DNA of 64,000 nt, from assembly GCA_029953675.1 (NCBI GenBank), contig JAMWBK010000001.1, positions 3,038,001 through 3,102,000 of the forward strand, given 5' to 3'. Positions 57,397 through 64,000 of this stretch are shown one piece after another; position 1 is the first letter of the stretch, and each line of letters opens with the position of its first letter. The notes under the pieces were generated by a model, which worked only from the letters and a program-made list of their open reading frames with translations, was not told where the DNA came from and did no database searches. This DNA comes from Rhodosorus marinus CCMP1338 (Eukaryota; Plantae; Rhodophyta). Made by a program: the position numbers and the translations under genes.

Positions 57397-58210
57397 CTAT
57401 GTACAAATCAAGGGCACACTACATTGACTGAATTCGCCAATGCCCGCGTCCTCGCAACCATTTCCGCCTTCCTTTGGAGAAGCCGTAACCGGACCTGCAT
57501 TCTCATTACTCGTGTCCACAGCAGACGCCCGCGAGAACGCGCAAATGTTGTCATTGCAGCATCCTTCATTTTTAACTCCGGGCGGCGAGCTGAACTTATT
57601 CAGGCACACGTAAACTGCCTTGAACGTGAATGGACCTTCCCTCGCGACCTGGAAGGGGTTATCGACGATTTCATCCCGGCATTCATTGGCTAAGCCTGCC
57701 TAGGCGCCTCTGAACTCCCACGGTGCGAACGCGATGAAAGCAAACTTAACGCAAGTTTTCTCGCCAAGCTCTACTATTCTTAGGCACAGAGTTCCCACGC
57801 GGACACCGTCAAGAGATCCGTTGCCCACCAGCTGGAAGCATGTCTGTTTCTCTTCGTTTCCAACCACGACACTGGAAAACTCATCCGCGTAGTCCTGGCA
57901 TGACAATTCATCTGCTATAGGGTCCTCACAGGTCAAGGGAAGAGCGCAACCAACTCTTCTGCGACCGAAAGCTCCCGTAGCCCTGGTCTCACAATGATCC
58001 ACACCAACAACCGGATACGCAGTTACCTCTAAGGTTCCACCGCCTGTGTCCCGCCCTGCTATCACGAACGAGTAGATACAGGCGGTATCGTTGCAGCACC
58101 CATCCTCGTTTGCTTCGGAAGACGCCTCGAATGTGTCCAGGCACACATTGAATGTCTTCGTCTGAAATTCTCCCTCCTCAGTAACCACCATGGGGTTGTC
58201 AGAAAAAGCT
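57397..58210 (-). pseudogene. Cys-rich repeat-domain gene interrupted by a nonsense codon and 5'-truncated at a family A insertion
   Basis: About 1.5 copies of a domain (GT+.+R...C+.F ... +C+ ... GCC ... C.+PL.C) homologous to the 61.5-62.2 kb protein; in-frame TAG at 57700-57702 with the frame continuing after it. Confidence 0.7.
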
Positions 58211-58224
58211 TCAAATTCGCATCC

Positions 58225-59982
58225 AAGGGTTGGAGCACCACGGCGTCGGTTTCGGGAGCAACAACTTCGTCCAAGCCTCTTGCGAACGAGTTTTTGACTC
58301 GGCACAAGCAGCTCACTGACGCCATTGAGCGCCTCCCAGACAGCATGCTGCAATCGGTCTGCTTGCTTTCCCGCTGTTGTGCCGGTCCCCGACTCAACTA
58401 CTGGTTGCGTAGCCGACTGGGGTTCGTGGATCGCCGCCAAGGCCGACGAGATGACGCTGAACCACTGGGGCACGCTCTTGGATGAACCCCTCGACCTTGA
58501 AGCGGCTCCCGACCGGGACTTAATTCGTTGCCAGCTCGCTCTACCGTTGCGCTTAGAGGGATTTGGTGTCGCAGATCGGGGGCTCGTTTACTCGCCTGCA
58601 GCGGTCGCCTCCTGGGCAACCGCGCTCCGTACCTTGGTGACTTTCCGGATACAAAGTGCCTGCCTTTTGGCTCCAGCACTGACTAGCGAGGACCCAGTGA
58701 CCCTTTCGCCCCGGATTTTGACGATCTATGATGGTCTACAACAGGCGTTCCAGAAGTGCAACGCCGGACGAGAATCGATCCCGTTTTCGCTCCTGGCGGG
58801 AACTGCTATGGGGACGAACTGAGGCGATTGAGGACTCACCCATTGACAACGTTCTTGCCGATGAGGGAGAAGCTAGCCCCGGGTCACCTGTTGCAGATCA
58901 CCTAGGTCTGAGCTAATTGTGGAGCTCCCGCATTGATGTGATTCAACATAGCCTCACCTGGGGCCAACACAGTGCCGCTCACGCAATCTTGCTCAACTCT
59001 CCCCTCACACCGCCTACCACCCCCGCTCAGCTTCGCGGCATGGGAGGCCATCTCTCGCACCTGTGGTTAACCACTCTGCCTTCGTCGCCGGGTCACCGTC
59101 TCGATGCCTTCCAGTTCCGCTTCGCCGCAAGGATCTACTTAGGTTTTCCACAAGCCCCGTGGCACTCTAATCGTCCTTCTTTCTGTCAGGGATGTGAGAG
59201 CCGGATTGACGCTTGTGGCTACCACTTCTTGGGTTCATGCGGACTGTTGCGAGGTCTCCGCACTAGCGCCACACTCGTCTCAAGCACATCCTAAGCGGGG
59301 ATGTTTAACTCGGGTAGGGCATACGGTTGACGTGGAATCGGAACTACCCAGATCGGTCTCGGACACAGCGCCGCCCCGCTGTATCGCAGATCTTCTTGCA
59401 TCAGACTCTGCCGCCCGACGCTCAGCATATGTTGACCTCGCGATTACATGCCCTGTGGCGAGCGCCCATTTCACGGCTGCCGCCCGCCGCCGAGGGGCAG
59501 CCGCTTCGGCTCTTCGACGAGTGAAGGAACGACGGTATGCTGAGAGCATGGCCGCGTCTGCCCTACGCCGAGGGTCGCTCCCACCGGTTCCAGCCTTTCA
59601 TTGTGGAAAGCTTTGGTCATAGGGATAAGTCGGGTTTGGAGTGGTTGCGGAAATGTTTCGCTGAGCATCCTACTCAGTACTTGGTGCTTTTACGGCGTTT
59701 GAGTGCCGCCCTGTGGCGATATTCTAGCAGCATGCTTGCCGAGGCGCGCCATCGGCGCCTGGGTTTGCACGCCTCCCTCCCTAGTTCTTAGTTCCTTTTC
59801 ACGCCTGGCGTAGCGCTTCAGGCTATGCTAGTAAAGCCCAATGCCCTTGGCGCCTGGGTTTGCACGCTTCCCTACCTAGTTCTTAGTTCCTTTTCACGGA
59901 TTGCGTAGCGCTGTAGGCTATGCTAATAAAGCCAGTAAAGCCCAATAAAGCACAATAAAACCAGTACCAATAAAGCCAGTAC
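58225..59982 (+). mobile_element. 5'-truncated family A copy (thumb, CCHC, RLE) with duplicated 3' terminus and AATAAAGCC-type tail
   Basis: Colinear with 50.8-52.9 kb; the 3' ~90 bp is repeated at ~59850-59940; tail at 59924-59982. Confidence 0.93.
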
Positions 59983-60081
59983 TGACTTGGGGGGGAGTGC
60001 TGAAAACCAAGTCAAAATCGTAAATGATTGACCAATGATTCAATCAACGATCAGCGGAGCCGGTCCGCTGAAGGTTATCCC

Positions 60082-60140
60082 GATGTAAGCGTGAGCGCCC
60101 TCGGGATGTAAGCGTGATTGTATTCCAGATGTAAGTGTGA
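60082..60140. repeat. Three GATGTAAGYGTGA 13-mers at an exact 23-bp period with unique 10-bp spacers
   Basis: Copies at 60082, 60105 and 60128. Confidence 0.8.
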
Positions 60141-60514
60141 CTGTCATCCAAATGATGACTGTGACCCATCAAAGTGAGCTGTTTACAATTAGCAGTTGTG
60201 GTTTTGCACGCGGGTAGCTAGTACCCTGAACGTTTCCACAAGCGTATAAGTACGCATCGATTAGCGTTGTGCTTGTTGATCTGGCTTTGAATAAAGAGGA
60301 AGAAGTTTCATTGAATCGAAAGGCTTACTATACCCTGAGGACAGGATTTTATTGCACGACAACCTTGGCAAAGGAAGGGCGATTGGAATATGTACCGTGA
60401 TCCTAGAAGCGATCAGGTGTGGTTGGTTTGGAATAAAGTAGTAGACTCGGATCTACAAAACTCATCCATCTGGTTTTGTTAACAGTTTTAACGTACTACA
60501 ATGTCGCTCTCAGG

Positions 60515-60750
60515 CGATATTCTAACAATATGCTCCCCGAGGCCCGGCCACCACCGCCTGGGTTTGCATGCTCTTCTCCATAGTCCCTTTTACATTCGGC
60601 CAGCGCATCAGGCGATTTTAGTAAAAAACCCCGACTACAATCCGTCCCGGTTGTCCCTCAAATCACGTCGCTATTCAGAACGCATTTTCATTTTTCGTCC
60701 TTAGTCCGCATTACACCTTGCGTAGCGCTTAAGGCTATATTAGTAAAACC
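60515..60750 (+). mobile_element. Degraded family A 3' fragments
   Basis: GGCGATATTCTA..CACCGCCTGGGTTTGCATGC and TTGCGTAGCGCTTAAGGCTATATTAGTAAAACC. Confidence 0.75.
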
Positions 60751-61019
60751 ACAACGGAAGGTAGCACAGCACTGTGGATAGGACTGATGATGTTCAAGTA
60801 TTGCATTCCGTCAATGTCCTCACCGGGGGCCTAGTCGCTGAGAACGTCATCCCCTGCACCAGGATTGAAATGATCAATCCAAACGTAGCCGTCAAGGACG
60901 TCATTTCCCCTCTTCCACTCCCTCCTTCTTCACTCCCCCGCCGTTCAATCTGTCATCTCCTCCATTGGACAGATCGGTTTCATATCCACTATCACTGGTT
61001 TAGCTAGCTAGCTGAGCTA

Positions 61020-62220
61020 CTAGTCGTAAAGTAAATCATCACCACTACCGCCGTCTAATGAGTCGACACCGTCGTCTCCCGACAAGATGTCGTTGTCATC
61101 CCCACCATAAAGACGGTCATTACCCCTTTGGCCATAAAGACGGTCATCACCAGCAAAGCCAAAAATAACGTCATCCCCTGAACCGCCGAAGATACGGTCA
61201 TTACCGTCCCCACCGGAGATAATGTCATAACCCTCATCGCCGTAGATATAGTCATCTCCACCAAGACCAAAGATCTCGTCATTGCCAGCGTACCCGAAGA
61301 TTATGTCGTCTTGCTCCGTACCAAGGATCAATTCGCTGTCACTAGTTCCGCGGATAATGCATGCGCACGAGCCAGGGCTCTTTATAATCTGGTGAAACGA
61401 GAATTCCCAAGCGGTGAGTTATCGACCAACCCAGTCCCATTTCGAGCAAAGGATATCGGCAAACACTCACCGCCACCTCGGGGCACAACGATGCTTCAAA
61501 ATCGTCGAGCTCAAGGCACATCGCATCGGGGCCGTCGCCAACGGCGCATTCGTCCCCAACATCGCCGCAGCAGCGGCACGTACCATCATCTCCCGTAAGA
61601 GCCATGCAGGAATTATTCAGCCCAAACGCATTGCAGCTGCACACGACCGGAAGCTCACAAACCGGAACGTCGAGTCCATAAGCGACTCTGAGCTCGCATG
61701 TACCGTCCGGAGTGGTCTCTACCCTAAACTCTTCGCCATCTAGTCCCTTGACGATGGCGTGGCCAATCCAGAACAGAGAGGAGTTTTCACAACATCCCAT
61801 CTCGTCCGCCACCATCTCGTCCTGACAGATGACCAAGCTCAATCTGTTCAATAAAGTGCCCTCCGGCTGCCCCCTAGAGGCCACCACCTTCGCAGCATTC
61901 CTTCGGTTGCGGTATTTCACCGGTTCAGGGATGAGCTCCTTCTTCGTGAAGATCCCCCCCCTGATGCTCACTAACGAGAACGAGTCAACCACATCGAATT
62001 CCATACGCACGCATAGTGGTTCTTTGTTGGGTTGGACCCGAACCGTGACAGTGCCAACCGTTTCCCCGTTGAAAACGAGGTCTTTGCTTACTCCCTCTAT
62101 GCTCTCAAGAAGCTGACCGGTGGTCACGGAGGCATCAGCACATGTCCTGGCGTCATTGGCATCCACGGATACAGCACAGATAAACAGTACCGCAAAATAC
62201 CACACCACCACCGCCTTCAT
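61020..62220 (-). CDS. Secreted Cys-rich protein with 11 C-terminal RTX (hemolysin-type) Ca2+-binding nonapeptide repeats; exons 62220-61471 and 61388-61020 (372 aa)
   Basis: Signal peptide MKAVVVWYFAVLFICAVSVDA; 82-nt GTGAGT...TAACTCAC...CACCAG intron gives a phase-0 join ..CPEVA|IIKSPGSCAC..LILGTEQDD; GGxGxDxLx repeats run to the stop. Confidence 0.88.
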
Positions 62221-62764
62221 CTCTTCGAAACGTTCTCAAGGGACTAGGGAAAAAATTGACCCCTCGATCGATAAAACTGATGACAAGAAACCCAAAAACC
62301 TCTCTCACGGCGTGCTGAATCCTTGCTTCTCATCCTCCGCTTACCCCACACCGCCTCCACGAAAGGGAACTAGCTCTTCGTACCTGATATATCATCCGCC
62401 AGGCCCTGTCCCTTGTAGTTTAGCTTATAGAAAATCAAACCCCCCCTTCCGCATTTATAGTAAACCAGCAAACCCTCCAATTAAACAAATTTATTCATAA
62501 GGACCACAACCACCATTTAGCGCGAAGTCATCCGGCCAACTTCTCTTTGTAGATTTTCATTCTTACTGCTTGTTGTCAGGAAAAAAAAAAAATTCGATCA
62601 TTGCACTGAATTGTGCTAGTAATTAGTCGGAACCAGACGGGACGGGCATAAATATTTAATTGTTTATTGATAATTCATGGATGACTTCTCATCGTAGTCG
62701 ACCAAGATACTACAGACCAACGTTACAGCGTTGCGACCTTAACCCCGGGGGGGGGGCTACAGGC

Positions 62765-62956
62765 CCTAGCAACACCTTCGGGAAGTGTTCTGCGAACGCC
62801 CTGAGCGTCTGTCGTCTTTGTTTACCCGTTTAAGTTTCTTGCTGTGGCGTATGAACGCTGTTTTGATGTTGGAAGCGCGATATCTTCGCCGCACTTAGTC
62901 TTTTTTTCCCCCTAGCGGTTTTGTCTTCAGTCCCTGATTAAACAAATTCATTCATT
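62765..62956 (+). mobile_element. Family B 3' terminus
   Basis: ERLSSLFTRLSFLLWRMNAVLMLEARYLRRT*; TTCAGTCCCTGATTAAACAAATTCATTCATT. Confidence 0.87.
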
Positions 62957-63369
62957 TTCAACACCTGGGTCCTGCTCGCAGCTTCCAAACAATCGTTTAC
63001 AAATTAACAACATTTTGGCTTTACGACATTTTGGCTTTACAACATTTTTCGAGCTACTATTGCATCGACATCATGTCCCCAGAGCCTGATACTCTGCCTC
63101 TGTGGTTGATTGGGCTACCGAACGTTGCCGCCATGACCTGTAGCTCACAACAGAAACAATCAGAGTTATCACTATCCCTCTGGTGCTCCGTCTGCTCTCC
63201 TGATCAACGCCCAATCCGAATCGCTATATTCGATTATCTGGTACGTGCGATCAGATTCTGATATGCTACCAGATTCCGAATATCCCGTAGCCTTTATTCG
63301 GCTGCTACCTACCGTACACTACTAAAACACTATGTACGCTCCATACCCAGACCCCTGTCCAGGGGTAGA

Positions 63370-63765
63370 CATGAGGAGTGGTTAAGTGTCCCTTGCAGGT
63401 AACGGACGACTCTTTTCGCCTGTTCGTAATCACCTACCCTGTAACTACTCATCTTTCTCGCCAACTGTCCTACGGCGTGGGCAATGCTCGAGCGGGTTCT
63501 CGTGCTAATGTAGAGCAGAGAACCCACGAGCGCCTGGTAAGGTAAATTCGTCATCAGGTTCGCTGTAACGGTCTCTGCGCGCTCTTGGGTCGCCAGTGTT
63601 TTGAACTTCCGGCATCCAGACATGGCATAGGAGTGAATTAGCTCCTGCAAGTGCCCGCTCTGGTTGAGGTAGACAAATTTTCTCGGCCTATCCCTCACTA
63701 TCTTGACGCCCAAGAATCGTCCTCGCCAAGGAACTTCATTTCATACAGTTCGTTGAGCACCCTCT
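63370..63765 (-). mobile_element. Ty1/copia reverse transcriptase C-terminal fragment
   Basis: YEMKFLGE../LGVKIVRD..YLNQSG; PYQALVGSLLYISTRTRSSIAHAVGQLAR; AKRVVRYLQGT. Confidence 0.88.
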
Positions 63766-63769
63766 TCGC

Positions 63770-64000
63770 ATCCGCTACGTCAGCCTTCCTACCGATCACC
63801 AGCCTCGTCAGGGAGTCGGCTTCACTTGCCAATGTCCGTCCAAATTGGAATGGCATCGTCGGCAATGTGTAGTCCAGTCTAGTCTCAGACGAGAAGCGGA
63901 ATAGAGCTACTTGCGTGTTCAGTTCTTGCGAGGGAAGATGTGCAATCTCCTCGAAGAGCTTGGCGTGGGTATTTTGGAGCTGACGTAAGGCTTCTTCCAC
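63770..64000 (-). mobile_element. Family C thumb-region fragment (runs off the window)
   Basis: ELNTQVALFRFSSETRLDYTL matches ELNTKLALFRFCSETRLDYTL at 49.5 kb. Confidence 0.85.

Noticed and set aside
55622-57702. Programmed readthrough of single in-frame TAGs (55622 and 57700)
   Set aside because: Both lie in sequences with other lesions; ordinary nonsense mutations are more parsimonious
60082-60140. CRISPR array
   Set aside because: Repeat (13 bp) and spacers (10 bp) are far too short, context is eukaryotic, no cas genes
61020-61331. Bacterial contamination or a stand-alone RTX toxin gene
   Set aside because: In frame with an upstream exon through a spliceosomal intron; no type I secretion genes; flanked by host TE relics

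Overview
Eukaryotic nuclear DNA from a compact genome with short GT-AG introns and CTAAC/CTCAC-type branch points. A plastid-type MAF N-terminus on a cyanobacterial-like M16 peptidase suggests a red-alga-like organism (inference). There are three zones. (1) 1-10 kb: a large intronless secreted orphan protein, retroelement debris and a perfect 54-bp hairpin. (2) 11-45.5 kb: a gene-dense core with M16 peptidase, lipase-3/EF-hand, PLP Thr-dehydratase-like enzyme, SPX fused to a degenerate ADO/PCO-like cupin, pepsin-like protease, tRNA-Ala, NudC-like, tRNA-Lys, TFIIF-beta, ribophorin II, eIF2-beta, PEX4, Elongin C, a PDH-E2 pseudogene and a bacterial-type D-aminoacylase. (3) 46-64 kb: a dense mosaic of three distinct CRE-clade-like non-LTR retrotransposon families with a restriction-like endonuclease (called A, B and C here), with family-specific 3' ends, self-nested insertion, inversions and inter-family chimeras. 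This zone also holds a copia RT fragment and a spliced secreted Cys-rich protein ending in 11 bacterial-type RTX Ca2+-binding repeats. The best novelty candidates are the multi-family RLE retroelement system, the Cys-rich/RTX fusion, the SPX-pseudo-dioxygenase fusion, the RT-less family C derivative and the 54-bp hairpin. All protein assignments come from motif recognition by eye; no database searches were run, and TE boundaries are approximate.
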